DNA of 64,000 nucleotides, taken from Burkholderiales bacterium. GTDB taxonomy: Bacteria; Patescibacteriota; Minisyncoccia; Phycocordibacterales; UBA9973. A model generated the notes under the pieces. The model worked only from the letters and a program-made list of their open reading frames with translations, did no database searches and had not been told where the DNA came from. The stretch spans positions 35,769 through 99,768 of the forward strand of contig JAMPXW010000001.1 in NCBI GenBank assembly GCA_023701005.1, in the 5' to 3' direction. Positions 9,697-20,900 of this stretch are shown in pieces; positions within the stretch are counted from its first letter, which is position 1, and the number at the start of each line of letters is the position of its first letter. Both the position numbers and the translations under genes were made by a program.

Positions 9697-10777
9697 GAGC
9701 TTTTATCCCGGGCAGATTTCCTTTAGCTAGAAAATCTAAAGTGGCCCCTCCACCAGTAGAAACAAAAGTAAACTTTTTTTCTAATTTAAGTAAAGAAATC
9801 AAAGAGACGATGTCTCCTCCTCCGATAATACTTTCTGTTTTAGTTTTTGAGATAACTTTCAATATTTTCTTTGTGGCTTCACCACCATCTTTTTCATATT
9901 GACCCAATGGACCATTCCAAAGAATTAATTTTGATTTTTGAACCAAATTTGATAACTCTTTCGTAGTATTTTCTCCAATATCTATAATATTGTCATGCTT
10001 CTCTATTTCTTCTATCTTCTTAAAAATCAATTTATTATTTGAACTCACTAAAACATCTTTGGGCAAAATCAATTTTTTATTTTTTAAAATTCCATCAAAA
10101 TTATGATCTTCTAAATCAATCAAAGAATTCCCAACTTCATTTCCTTTCTTTTTTAAAATAGTATTTGCTAAAGCTCCACCAACGAAAACAAAGTCTGCTA
10201 ATTTAAGATATCTTTTTATTAAAGGTAATTTTGTCGAAAATTTAGCCCCACCAGTTATGTAAAGAAAGGGGTGCTTTTTATTTTTTGTCACTTTAGATAA
10301 ATTCCTTACTTCTTCTTCTAGCTGGAATCCAGCGTAACTTGGCAAATATTTTGGCAAAGAAACGATAGAAGCATGATTCCTATGAGAAACAGAAAAAGCA
10401 TCATTCACATAAATATCCCCTAATTTTGAAAGCTCCTTTGCAAAATCTTTATCATTTTTCATCTCTCCTTCAAATTTTCTTATATTCTCAAAAAAAGAAA
10501 CTTTGTCTTTAGAAATTTTTGATAACTTAAAAAAATGTTTTATAATTGATTCCAAGCTTTCATTACCATCTTTACCTAAATGAGTAATTAATAAAACATG
10601 AGCACCCTTATCTACTAAAAATTTGATAGTTGGTAATGATTTTTTAATTCTAAAATCATCCAAAATGATGCCATCTCTTATGGGAACATTGAAATCTACA
10701 CGAACTAATACTTTTTTATTTTTTAAACCCGTCTTGCCTAGTCGAGGCAGATTTTTTATTTGTTTAATGTTTCGCAT
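9689..10777 (-). CDS. pgk: phosphoglycerate kinase
   Basis: N-terminal KKVLVRVDFNVP and overall PGK architecture. Confidence 0.85.
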   Translation of the reverse strand: MRNIKQIKNLPRLGKTGLKNKKVLVRVDFNVPIRDGIILDDFRIKKSLPTIKFLVDKGAHVLLITHLGKDGNESLESIIKHFFKLSKISKDKVSFFENIRKFEGEMKNDKDFAKELSKLGDIYVNDAFSVSHRNHASIVSLPKYLPSYAGFQLEEEVRNLSKVTKNKKHPFLYITGGAKFSTKLPLIKRYLKLADFVFVGGALANTILKKKGNEVGNSLIDLEDHNFDGILKNKKLILPKDVLVSSNNKLIFKKIEEIEKHDNIIDIGENTTKELSNLVQKSKLILWNGPLGQYEKDGGEATKKILKVISKTKTESIIGGGDIVSLISLLKLEKKFTFVSTGGGATLDFLAKGNLPGIKALK

Positions 10778-11535
10778 ATTTCTATAATCTTAGAAAACTT
10801 TTTAGGATCAAGGCTTGCTTTGCCTGGGAGTAAGCCATTTATTCCACCATCTTTCAAAAATAATTCCGCATCTTTATCATTTACAGAGCCTCCATAAATG
10901 ATTTTTACCCGGGAAGACTCACTACCAAATTTATCAGAAAGAATTTTGCGAATAAAAATAGTCATCTCTTTACAATCTTCTGGCTTAGCATCTTTTCTGT
11001 CTTTCGTGCTAGAAATAGCCCAGATGGGTTCATAAGCAATGATAACTTTAGAAATTGAATTTTTTGAAATACCATTTAAGCATTCTAATAATTGCGTCTT
11101 AACAAAATTAAAATAATTATGCTCTAAATCACGTTCACTTTCTCCTACGCACAATATAGGGATGAGGCCGGAAGCTAAAGCTCCTTTTATTTTTTTATTT
11201 ATAAAATTGTTGTTCTCCCCCATTTGACGTCTCTCTGAATGTCCTAAAATAACATATTTAATGCCTGTATTATAAAGCATCTCACTAGAAACTTCACCAG
11301 TATAAGCCCCTCCGTTTTCCCAAAATGAATCTTGGGCACCTAATTGTATTTTTCGTGATAATTTTTTTAATTTTTCTATATATAAAAATGGAGGGCAGAC
11401 AATAATATCAGTCTTTTTAATATGAGAAATCAATTTTGTAATTTCAATAAATAACTTTTCTGCTTCTTTAAAAGAAGATGGGTTCATCTTCCAATTGCCA
11501 ACAATTAATCTTTTTGTTGTTTTTTCACTCATATT
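10756..11535 (-). CDS. tpiA: triosephosphate isomerase; likely start is the internal Met (MSEKTTKRLIVGNWKMN)
   Basis: VGNWKMN, AYEPIWAI and YGGSV motifs. Upstream of Met23 the ORF overlaps the preceding gene. Confidence 0.85.
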   Translation of the reverse strand, partial: NMSEKTTKRLIVGNWKMNPSSFKEAEKLFIEITKLISHIKKTDIIVCPPFLYIEKLKKLSRKIQLGAQDSFWENGGAYTGEVSSEMLYNTGIKYVILGHSERRQMGENNNFINKKIKGALASGLIPILCVGESERDLEHNYFNFVKTQLLECLNGISKNSISKVIIAYEPIWAISSTKDRKDAKPEDCKEMTIFIRKILSDKFGSESSRVKIIYGGSVNDKDAELFLKDGGINGLLPGKASLDPKKFSKIIEICETLNK

Positions 11536-11554
11536 TAGATTATAACATACCTTT

Positions 11555-13312
11555 TTATTTCTCTCCCCAACTCTCAACAGCAAAAGAACCAGATGGCCCA
11601 CTAGAAAAATTATTATTAGTTAGGCCAGATTCATAAGTGATGCTAGAACCTCCGGAAACAATTATTTTATAACCAGTAGCTTCTTTAAGAGAAGCTCCTC
11701 CTGAAATTGTGATGGTTCCCGAGGGTGCATATACTATGACAGCACCTGCACCTCCAGAAACAGACATTGCACTAGTACTAGAACTCGTAGAAAGCATCAT
11801 CAAATAACTACCAGCTGTCCCAGAGCCAGTAGCATGCCCTCCTCCTGAAATAACAACAGTTCCATCATTAATGATAACTCCATCATTTGTTCCATAACTC
11901 GAAGCAAGTTTGATCTCTGCTCCACCATTAAGAACAATATTACCCGTCACCCACAATGTACCTGTAATAGTTAAAATTCCACCCCCTGAAACTGTCAAAT
12001 TACCTACTATCTTTCTAGGACCCAAGGTAGCACCAGCCCAACCAACAGAATAATCACCATTATAAACACCGCCCGCTTCTGCCTCAGATTTCCATTCAGT
12101 CATATTTGCGTCCGATACGGGAAATGCTACATAAACCGGATCATCCTGATAAGTACAAGATTTATTGTTCCCCGTTCCACTCTGACAATAAATATTACCC
12201 GTGGCATTGGTATAATTTACAGTATGAGCTTGAGCTGAACCAGAAATTGTACCAACGTGAAGTTGATTCCATTGACTAAGAGAGTTCCCTTGAATTAAAC
12301 CAGTAAAACCTCCCAAATAAATAGAAAAATAATAATCCAAACCAGAAGGAGTAGTATTGTTCCAAGTGCTACCTACTTGACCTATCTTGCCTAATCCATC
12401 TGCATAAGTATTACTCAATGCTCCTATCGTATAATATTTTGTACTTGATGTACCAGCATCAACAACTAGCCAATATGTCACACCTGTGTCTAGCAATGGG
12501 TTAGAATTAAAAGTGACATCTACCCACCCATAAGAAGTCGTCACCAAAGAAGCAGTGAGAGTACCCGTAGCTAAAATCGTCGTTCCTGGATTACCAGCGT
12601 TATCATTTACTATTTTCACTGTCGCATTACTTGGAGTGCCAGTCTTTTTTATATAAAGTTGAATTTTATTTAATGGACTCTCTACTGAAACCTGAAAACT
12701 CTGAGCTATATCTTGAGTAGCACTCGCATTACCAAATGCTACATTGTAAGTAGGGACACCAGAGCCATTTGTCTCTTCTGCTGCGAGAGCAGGGCTATTT
12801 GCTGAAATAGCCGTACCTGTGATAATAGCAGAGCTATCTCCTGTGATTGGTCCATTTGCATATACATTTCCATTTACAGTACCACTGCCCGTAAGATTAA
12901 TTCCTCCCTGTCCTACTTGAACACCATAATTAAAAGAAACTCCTGTGCTCGTAGAGAGAGTGATGCTGGTTTGTCTTTCATAATTTGAAACATCTCCTAA
13001 AGAAGTTATCTGTGTTGTGTCTCCACCTAAAGAAGTGATAGAAGTAGTGGCTGTGTTTGAATCTAAGGTAATCGTCTCTGTCGTTCCTATTGGTTTATTT
13101 TTGATCAATCTATAAAAAGCATCTTCACTACCTGACTCAGATAAGAAAAAAGATTTCTTAGAATTTAAACTAACATTCGCATTTTTAAATTCTCTCACGG
13201 ATGGCGAAACGAGCCCTGATGTTATCGCCAAAGAGATAAAAAGAAAAAACACAATCGATATCAACATCGCTGCACCTTTTTGTTTATTTATTTTTTTAAA
13301 ATCTTTTAACAT
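11555..13312 (-). CDS. 585-aa Gly/Thr/Ser-rich pilus-associated protein with pilin-like N-terminal TM segment (possible tip adhesin or minor pilin)
   Basis: N-terminus KQKGAAMLISIVFFLF resembles a prepilin leader plus TM but lacks Glu5. It is the last gene of the pilB-pilC-pilin block. GN/GG repeat segments suggest a beta-helix. Confidence 0.45.
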   Translation of the reverse strand: MLKDFKKINKQKGAAMLISIVFFLFISLAITSGLVSPSVREFKNANVSLNSKKSFFLSESGSEDAFYRLIKNKPIGTTETITLDSNTATTSITSLGGDTTQITSLGDVSNYERQTSITLSTSTGVSFNYGVQVGQGGINLTGSGTVNGNVYANGPITGDSSAIITGTAISANSPALAAEETNGSGVPTYNVAFGNASATQDIAQSFQVSVESPLNKIQLYIKKTGTPSNATVKIVNDNAGNPGTTILATGTLTASLVTTSYGWVDVTFNSNPLLDTGVTYWLVVDAGTSSTKYYTIGALSNTYADGLGKIGQVGSTWNNTTPSGLDYYFSIYLGGFTGLIQGNSLSQWNQLHVGTISGSAQAHTVNYTNATGNIYCQSGTGNNKSCTYQDDPVYVAFPVSDANMTEWKSEAEAGGVYNGDYSVGWAGATLGPRKIVGNLTVSGGGILTITGTLWVTGNIVLNGGAEIKLASSYGTNDGVIINDGTVVISGGGHATGSGTAGSYLMMLSTSSSTSAMSVSGGAGAVIVYAPSGTITISGGASLKEATGYKIIVSGGSSITYESGLTNNNFSSGPSGSFAVESWGEK

Positions 13313-13316
13313 AATT

Positions 13317-13847
13317 TTAATAATCTCCTCTAAGCACTACTGTATTATAAAAATCTTGCACTCTATTTAAAGCGTCATGATTTGATCTAAGAGATAAAAG
13401 TATTTTTATTGCTGACCCTTTCGTCGTGTTTATCTGAGTAAACGATAAATTTGTGACAGATATATTGGCAGTATTTAAATTGCCTACAAAAGAATCATTT
13501 TCTAAAAGTCTTATATCAGAACCAGACAAAGTAAATGTGACAGTTTTACTTACTCCATCAGCATCTTTAGTATTAAGTTTTAAACTAGTAGAAGTTATAG
13601 AATTTATTCCATAAGCATTTCTTATATCTCTAGACATTCTTTCCATCACATCTCCTCCTTGCATGAGTTCTCCATACATGGCTGTCTCTTTAAAAGACTG
13701 GGTCATCGTAATGAGAGCATTGATGACAGCGATAGAAAGGATAGCAAAAAGAACAATATAAAAAATTGTTTCTAACACTGCATAACCCCCGCTTCGCTGA
13801 AGCTTCGCAGAGCAGGCTTTATTTGTTTTTTTTGTATTATTCTTCAT
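13317..13847 (-). CDS. type IV pilin-like / pseudopilin
   Basis: Prepilin-like leader ending in G followed by YAVLE (Glu at +5) and a hydrophobic helix. Confidence 0.6.
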   Translation of the reverse strand: MKNNTKKTNKACSAKLQRSGGYAVLETIFYIVLFAILSIAVINALITMTQSFKETAMYGELMQGGDVMERMSRDIRNAYGINSITSTSLKLNTKDADGVSKTVTFTLSGSDIRLLENDSFVGNLNTANISVTNLSFTQINTTKGSAIKILLSLRSNHDALNRVQDFYNTVVLRGDY

Positions 13848-13852
13848 AATTT

Positions 13853-14389
13853 TTATGATGAAAAAATATCCATTATATAAAAAGATAATGATTTATTTAA
13901 AGTCACCCCTCCTTCGAGCCAAGAAACATTCACTGTTATCAATTTTGTACCTGTATCATCAACTCCACCAGATGAAACGATGTCTCCTGTGGTAGCATCA
14001 CGACTCACATTAGCTATAGTGACAGTGCGAGTGAAAGACCCAATATCAGAAGATGTTGTAGACAGAGACCAAGAAGAAGAATAAGTAGGATAATAATTAG
14101 TCCCAACAGCCAAAGAAGAAATATTGGTCCAATTACTATCTCTCAAAATGCGTACGATTTCTGCTCCTTCTTCAAGCAAGAATGAAGCTTGAGATGTATG
14201 CAATGCTTGCCTGGAAACATAAACTGATTTTTGTGTCACAGACATAGCAGCCAAAACAGAAACTATTATAATGGCCGTCGCCACTACGACCTCTACCAGC
14301 ATAAACCCCCGCTTGCTTTGCGAGCTCACACCTTTTTGAATAAAAGGTATGGGGGTAAAATCTTTATTTTTTTTAAAAAAATTATTCAT
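13853..14389 (-). CDS. type IV pilin-like / pseudopilin
   Basis: Leader ...KRG followed by FMLVEVVVATAIII (Glu+5). Confidence 0.6.
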   Translation of the reverse strand: MNNFFKKNKDFTPIPFIQKGVSSQSKRGFMLVEVVVATAIIIVSVLAAMSVTQKSVYVSRQALHTSQASFLLEEGAEIVRILRDSNWTNISSLAVGTNYYPTYSSSWSLSTTSSDIGSFTRTVTIANVSRDATTGDIVSSGGVDDTGTKLITVNVSWLEGGVTLNKSLSFYIMDIFSS

Positions 14390-14390
14390 T

Positions 14391-14858
14391 TTAATTTAAA
14401 CTGAATGAACCTGTGCTAGATATAGTGATAATTTTAGAAAGTGATGGTGTAGATATGGTTATGGTTCCAACCTTGCTTGGAACTCCAGACAATCTTTCAA
14501 AATACAAATCCCCTTCTGTAGAACTCACCCCAGCCAAAGTGACATTAGAAATATTAGCTGGAGAAATTATATTTACTGTCTTATTCTCTGCTGAATTCAC
14601 ATCATAAATTTTGCCCTTAAAAATTATAATTCTATCAGACTGAAAACGTACTCCATATTCACTGGAATCAACAGAAGCCAGGCTTTGAGCTTGTGCGTTG
14701 TTCATCGAAGAAGTGATATCTCCAACAGCATTTTTTAAAACCTGATTTTCTCTCATCTCAGAAAATTGTGGGATCGTAATCAAAAATATAATAGCCAAAA
14801 TAGCTATCGTTATTAATATTTCCACAACACTCATTCCTTTTTTATAAAAATTTTGCAT
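14391..14858 (-). CDS. type IV pilin (probable major pilin)
   Basis: Short leader MQNFYKKG followed by MSVVEILITIAILAII (G|MxxxE class III signal). Confidence 0.7.
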   Translation of the reverse strand: MQNFYKKGMSVVEILITIAILAIIFLITIPQFSEMRENQVLKNAVGDITSSMNNAQAQSLASVDSSEYGVRFQSDRIIIFKGKIYDVNSAENKTVNIISPANISNVTLAGVSSTEGDLYFERLSGVPSKVGTITISTPSLSKIITISSTGSFSLN

Positions 14859-14860
14859 AT

Positions 14861-16078
14861 TTACTTAATATTATCCATTATAGAATACAAAGGTGAAATC
14901 ATCGAGATAGCAAAGAAGCCTACAGCTCCTCCGATGAACAGCATCAAAACTGGCTCAATAACAATAGAAAGATTTTTTGTTTTATTTTCTATCTCTCCTT
15001 CATAAAAAGCAGCTACTTGAAATAACATGTCGGAAAGTTTACCCGTCTCTTCTCCGACTTCTATCATCTCCGTCATCATCACAGGATAAAGTTCTGGATG
15101 TTCTTCAAAAGCTTTCGAAAAAGGAGATCCTTTTTCTATTTGTATTTTAGCTTCATCTAAAACTTTTTTATAATACATATTTTGAACGACGTCCTGTGTA
15201 ATCTCAATCGCACGAATAATAGAAACTCCCGACAAAAGCAAAGAAGACATAGTGCGTGTAGTACGAGCTGTGTTTAACTCTTTTGATAATTTACCAACTA
15301 TCGGAAGTCTTATTATCGCATAATCGACATACTTAGTCATAAAAGGAGCTCGCAAGAAAGAAAAAATACCAAAAGCTGAACCAAAAATCAAGACCAAAGA
15401 CAATATCAAATATTCAGAAAAGAAATTACCAAGAGCGATTATCAATTTTGTAGAAGCTGGCAAATCTACTCCGAGTTCTTTGAAAGTATTAGCAAGAGTA
15501 GGTACGACAAAAGCAAACATCAATACTCCTATCAGAACCATGGCAGACAAAATGACTCCTGGATAAATTAAAGCTCCTTTTATTTTTTTAGTTAGAGAAT
15601 GAGCCTTTTCTAAGTTTGAACCAACTTCAGACAAAGCTCCTGCCAAATCTCCCGATTCTTCCCCAGCACGAGACATAGATACAAAAAGTTTTGAGAAAAC
15701 ATCAGGAAACTTTGCCAAGCCTGTCGATAAAGTTCCTCCCGCATTTATTTCATCGCTCAAAGAAGCCAAAATCTTATCTAATTTTGGATTCTTGGTTTGT
15801 TTTCTCAAAACCGATAATGCTCTAAACAAAGAAAGTCCTGCCCTCAACATCCCACTCAGATTTTTAGTAAGAAGTATTTGCTCTTCTATTTTTACTTTTG
15901 AAAAAAATTTTCCAAATAAAGAATTTATGTCAAAAGATTTTTCACTTTTTTCTATTATAGAAATAGGTGTATTGCCTTTAGACTTCAATTCGCGAGAAAG
16001 AGAAAACCGATCAGCGGCTTCCATTGTCCCTTCTAATATCTCACCATTTTTTAATTTTGCTTTGTATGTAAATAACAT
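14861..16078 (-). CDS. pilC: type IV pilus assembly platform protein PilC (GspF family)
   Basis: Two GspF-type repeats and three TM segments, located immediately downstream of pilB. Confidence 0.85.
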   Translation of the reverse strand: MLFTYKAKLKNGEILEGTMEAADRFSLSRELKSKGNTPISIIEKSEKSFDINSLFGKFFSKVKIEEQILLTKNLSGMLRAGLSLFRALSVLRKQTKNPKLDKILASLSDEINAGGTLSTGLAKFPDVFSKLFVSMSRAGEESGDLAGALSEVGSNLEKAHSLTKKIKGALIYPGVILSAMVLIGVLMFAFVVPTLANTFKELGVDLPASTKLIIALGNFFSEYLILSLVLIFGSAFGIFSFLRAPFMTKYVDYAIIRLPIVGKLSKELNTARTTRTMSSLLLSGVSIIRAIEITQDVVQNMYYKKVLDEAKIQIEKGSPFSKAFEEHPELYPVMMTEMIEVGEETGKLSDMLFQVAAFYEGEIENKTKNLSIVIEPVLMLFIGGAVGFFAISMISPLYSIMDNIK

Positions 16079-16083
16079 GATTA

Positions 16084-17835
16084 CTATTCAGAGACAACTC
16101 TAAATACTTCTTCCAAACTCGTCATACCCAAAACAGCTTGAAAAACTCCATCCTCTAATATTGTCATCATTCCCTCTCTCTTAGCTTGTTCTTCTATTTC
16201 ATCTTGAGAACTCCCACGAATGATCAATTCTTTTATTGATGTAGTCACTTTCAAAACTTCATGTATACCAATACGATTTGAATATCCATCAGAAGATTCA
16301 GCACTCTTTACTGGTTTATAAAAAGGAACTTGTTCCCAAGTGTCGTCTGGGCCTATCAATTTTTCATCTTTCAACATTTTTAACATTCTATCTAGGTCCA
16401 CCAATTTAGCTAAATTTTTTATCTCGTCTTTTGACAAAAAATACTTTTCTTTATTTGCGGTAAGTTTTCTAACTAACCTTTGAGCAATAATCGTTTTAAC
16501 TGTAGAAATAATAAGAAACGGCAACACTCCCATATCTATCATTCTAGGAATAGCGCCAGCAGCCGAGTTGGTGTGTATGGTAGACAAAACCAAGTGCCCC
16601 GTGAGTGCAGCATTAATGGCAAGACTTGCTGTCTCTCCATCACGGATCTCTCCTACCATCATTATGTCTGGGTCTTGACGCAAGAGTGATCGCAAACCAT
16701 TTGCGAAAGTTAAACCTATTTCTGGTTTTACTTGTGTTTGATTGACTCTAGGCATTTGATATTCTATCGGATCTTCAACTGTCGAAATATTTACTTCAGG
16801 TCTATTCAAAATATCCAACATTGTGTAAAGTGTCGTCGTCTTACCAGAACCAGTAGGTCCCGTCGCGAGCACCATTCCTATTCTTTGTTTTAAAGATTCA
16901 TGAATTCTCTCCAACCCCTCCCCATGAAAACCAAGAGAATCAAGAGAAAATCCATGAGAACTTTCTTTCAATATTCTTATAACAGTTTTCTCTCCATAAA
17001 AGGTAGGCAAGGTAGAAACACGAAAAGAAATTTTTTCTCCATTTTGTTCTATCTTAAATCTCCCATCTTGAGGTAGCCTTTTTTCATCCAATTTTAAATT
17101 TGCTAAAACTTTTATACGTGTAGTTATGCCCGGACCGGTATTTTTATCTAAAATCATAGCATCGTGTAATATGCCATCTATCCTATATCTAACGATAAGC
17201 TCTTTCTCTCCTGGTTCGATGTGTATATCTGAAGTATTTTGCAAAATAGCATGGAAGATTAGAGAATCAACAATTTTTATCACCGGCAAATCTTCCGCGA
17301 GTGCTTTCAACTCAGCTTCTGTTTTCTCTCCTTCTTTTTTATTTACATCAGTATTTAAAGATAGTGTTTCTTTTTGAATAATATTATCAAAATCTGCCTG
17401 TAAACTTTTTCTGTATTGGACCAAAGCAGCTTTTATGGAAGCACTGTCTGTAATTCTAGGAAGAATCCTTTCTCCTGAACGTTTCTTTATAAAATCTATC
17501 ATTGGTAAATCATCAACATCAAGCATCGCTACCTCTAAACCTACATCACTTTTTTCATATGCAATAATATTATGATTCCTAGCAATAGGTTCAGGAATTA
17601 GAGAAAGAATAGAAAAATCAATTTTTTTCTTTAATAAAGAAACAAATGGTATTTCCAAAACATAAGCTTCCATTCTTTTCAAATCCGTTTCTGAAATTTT
17701 GCCATCTGAAAGTAAAACATCACTTAATTTTTGTTTAGATTCTTCTGCTTTTTTTACCATTTCATCCAAAACAGAACGTGTGACAATTCCAGAATCTAAA
17801 ACAACTTTTTTAAATTGCTCTTCATTAATTTGCAT
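16084..17835 (-). CDS. pilB: type IV pilus assembly ATPase PilB (GspE family)
   Basis: Walker A GPTGSGKTTTLYTML and GspE-type N-terminal domain. Confidence 0.9.
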   Translation of the reverse strand: MQINEEQFKKVVLDSGIVTRSVLDEMVKKAEESKQKLSDVLLSDGKISETDLKRMEAYVLEIPFVSLLKKKIDFSILSLIPEPIARNHNIIAYEKSDVGLEVAMLDVDDLPMIDFIKKRSGERILPRITDSASIKAALVQYRKSLQADFDNIIQKETLSLNTDVNKKEGEKTEAELKALAEDLPVIKIVDSLIFHAILQNTSDIHIEPGEKELIVRYRIDGILHDAMILDKNTGPGITTRIKVLANLKLDEKRLPQDGRFKIEQNGEKISFRVSTLPTFYGEKTVIRILKESSHGFSLDSLGFHGEGLERIHESLKQRIGMVLATGPTGSGKTTTLYTMLDILNRPEVNISTVEDPIEYQMPRVNQTQVKPEIGLTFANGLRSLLRQDPDIMMVGEIRDGETASLAINAALTGHLVLSTIHTNSAAGAIPRMIDMGVLPFLIISTVKTIIAQRLVRKLTANKEKYFLSKDEIKNLAKLVDLDRMLKMLKDEKLIGPDDTWEQVPFYKPVKSAESSDGYSNRIGIHEVLKVTTSIKELIIRGSSQDEIEEQAKREGMMTILEDGVFQAVLGMTSLEEVFRVVSE

Positions 17836-17849
17836 AAATATATTATAAC

Positions 17850-17882
17850 AAAAAATCCTCCGAAAAGGAGGATTTTTTGTTA
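17850..17882 (-). terminator. rho-independent terminator hairpin AATCCTCC-GAAAA-GGAGGATT with T-tracts on both sides
   Basis: Seen directly. It lies between the giant surface-protein gene and pilB. Confidence 0.6.
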
Positions 17883-17900
17883 ATTAATATTTTAATAAAA

Positions 17901-20900
17901 TTAATTTTCTTTGTAACCAGGTTTTTTCTCTCCTACTGTCACTGTGACTGTCGAATCAGCTGTTATAAAAGAAGTAGTATTCTCACAACTAATTCTGTAA
18001 GTAGTAGTTTGTGTCGGACTAACTATCACCCCAACACTATTACTAACAGCACCTCCTGTATTAAAACCTGCGGTCAAACTTGTACACGTGTCAGCATGCA
18101 TAGTAGACCATTTAATTGTTGAAGATTCACCCTTGACTATAGTTATGGGATCAGCTGTAAATGAAATTATAGTAGGTGCTGGAGGTGGAAATGTTGTACA
18201 AGTTGGAGGATTAGTAGCACTATTTATACATAACCCAGAACTATTTACAGTACAAGCTGAATAATTCACTGCTCCGTTACTACAAGTAGGAGTGTCACTT
18301 ACTATCACTGTAAATGCACTTGTATCTGTTTCTCCAGTTGAATCTTTTAAAGCTTGTATAGAATATCCATATGTATTAGCAATATCTGGAGCTGCTATCA
18401 GCATACTTCCCCTACATGGTGAATATGAATTAAGAGGTGTGCCAACATTGTCTAACAATCTACAACTAGCAGGACCATCTGTTACGGTATAGGTTGCAGA
18501 AATTGTCCTGTCTGGCAATGTTACTGAATATGTTGTTGGATTTACAGAAATATCAAAAGTAGGAATAGGTGCATCATTTACCGTCACCGTAAACATATCA
18601 CTTGTACTTGTTTCTCCCGTCGAAGCTTTAGTTGCTCTCATATAGTATCCATAAACTCCAGCTGCCGCCGGTGTATCATAAGTTATTGGACTAGTACAAG
18701 AAATATCTGTTTTAAGAGTAGCTTGATTATTATCAAGCAAGTAACAATCAGTATTAGTTCCCGTACCATTAGTCAAAGTATACGAAGCACTAAATGCTGT
18801 CGTTGGAAGTGTAATAGTAGAATTTGCTGGAGTCGAAATACTTAAAGGATTTGTAAATACATCACATGTTGGATAATTTGTAGCTCCGTTTGCACAAGTG
18901 TTGGCACTGAATGTCGCTGTCACTGTACAATTTGCAGTGATAGCTCCTGTAGTATAAGTATTTCCACTAAGTGTTCCGCTACAACCAGAAACTGTGTTTA
19001 TAGAATAATCAGTATTTGGAGTGACGGTAAATGTAGTGGTTAATCCATAAGCAACAGTTCTTGAAGCTGGAGTAATAGCTCCGCCCGTTCCCGCTGTTCC
19101 CGTGACTGTATAAGATTTACATGCTCCCGCAGTTGGATTCCACGCAGTGCCCGAAGCACAAGCAGCGACGGTAGCAGCTGCTCCAGAAGCAGAAGCCAAC
19201 AATTGTCCATTATTATAAAGATAAAAATCTCTTGAAGGATAGGGAATAGTTACTGAGCCACTTCCTGAATTCCCTGTATAAACTGTAGTATTAGCACTAG
19301 GATATGAAGAAGTCACAGCAGATGTTCCTTGAGGATTTGTAGTACTCCAAACAGCAGTCGAAGTACAAGACGAAGCATTGGCAAGAATTGTACAATCTGG
19401 AACAGAAAGAGTTCCTGACATTGTTTTGACTTCAGTACAACTTGCATTAGCTCCTCCATTTAAACCACTACAAATCCATCCGTAATTTGTATTTAAATTA
19501 CTGTAACTTACTGTATTGGTGCCTCCCGTACTTGTTCCCGCAAGATTTGTTCCTGCTGTACAACCATAATGGGCTACTGCACACACACCATTTACTGGCG
19601 CAGAACCTACAGTAACTGTTACAGAACGAGTTACACTTCCTCCCAGCCCAGTACATTCAAGAGTATAAGTTTTTGATGATGTTAAAGCTCCTGTAGAAAC
19701 ATTAGTCCCTGAAGTAGCTTTCGTTCCTGTCCATGCATCACTAGCAGTACATGTTGTAGCATCTGTTGTAGACCAAGTTAAATAAGACGTCCCATTGTAT
19801 ACAATAGAAGGTGGGTTTGCTGAGAAATTAAGAGTCGGAGCTGGTGACAAAGTTGTAAAATATCCTTCTGTTGAATATCCATATCCTGTAGTATTTCTGG
19901 CATATCCTTTAAATCTGTAGTCAGTACCTGAGCTCAAACCAGTGACATTGACAAAAAATGCTCCTGTCGAAGTACCTCCTTCGACTGCACAATTTCCAGC
20001 AGTATAGACACCGCTACTCAATCTCCAACATATTCCACGTTCTGAAATAGAAGCAGGAACACCCAAAGATGAAACATTTGCTCCTAAAGTTACAGAAGAT
20101 AAACCAACGGAAGAATCAGTGGGATAAATAACTGTAGGCACAGCATTAGTAGTACATGCGCTTCCCGTCCATGTCGTTCCTGTAGCACAAACAGCGGATA
20201 TAGTTAAAGGACCACTCAACAAAACAGCATTATTGTAGAGATAAAAACTTCTAGATGGATAATGAATAGTAGCTATCACATCTCCAGAATTTCCAGAGCC
20301 AACCAAAGTACTGACCGTGGTGCCTGAATTATTGGTAGGACTATAAACTGCAGAAGTGGCTTGAGGATTGACTGTATTCCACATAATTGAATTTAAACTA
20401 CAAGTACTATTACCAGCAGAAATAGTACAAGAGGTGCTTCCATCTTCTGACCACAAAGTTCCACTCATTGGAGGTGTCGTAACAGTGACTGTCGTAAAAT
20501 CTCCACAGTTATTATTTTCATTTGATTCAGTAATAGATCCAACAAATGATGCATTATTATCAGCACAAGCTCTTATATAATAAGTCCCAGAACTCGAAAA
20601 AGTGAACGATGCGCCTACTGTCTTACTTTCATTCACAGCAAAAGCTGTAGAAGTCGTAGCGACTTTACCTGTCCCATTTACAAGTTGAAAATAATGATTG
20701 ATAGATGTAGCACTAGTAGCACTAGTTCCTATATTGCTTATGTCTGCAGAAAATGTCGTCGCTACATTCGTACTAGCTGATGAAGGAGTCACACTTCCGG
20801 CTGTCAGATCTGGAAAAGTAGGAGCTGCTTCTACAATAACATTAACTGTATCTTCTGCAGTAATCGAAGAATTGTCTGCTTTCTTGCCAACAGCTGTAAC

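Noticed and set aside
13787-14330. GC-rich CCCCCGCTT... stretches in two pseudopilin genes as a mobile repeat.
   Set aside because: They encode the homologous prepilin leader/cleavage regions (…QRSGG, …SKRG) of paralogous pilin genes, so the similarity is at the coding level.
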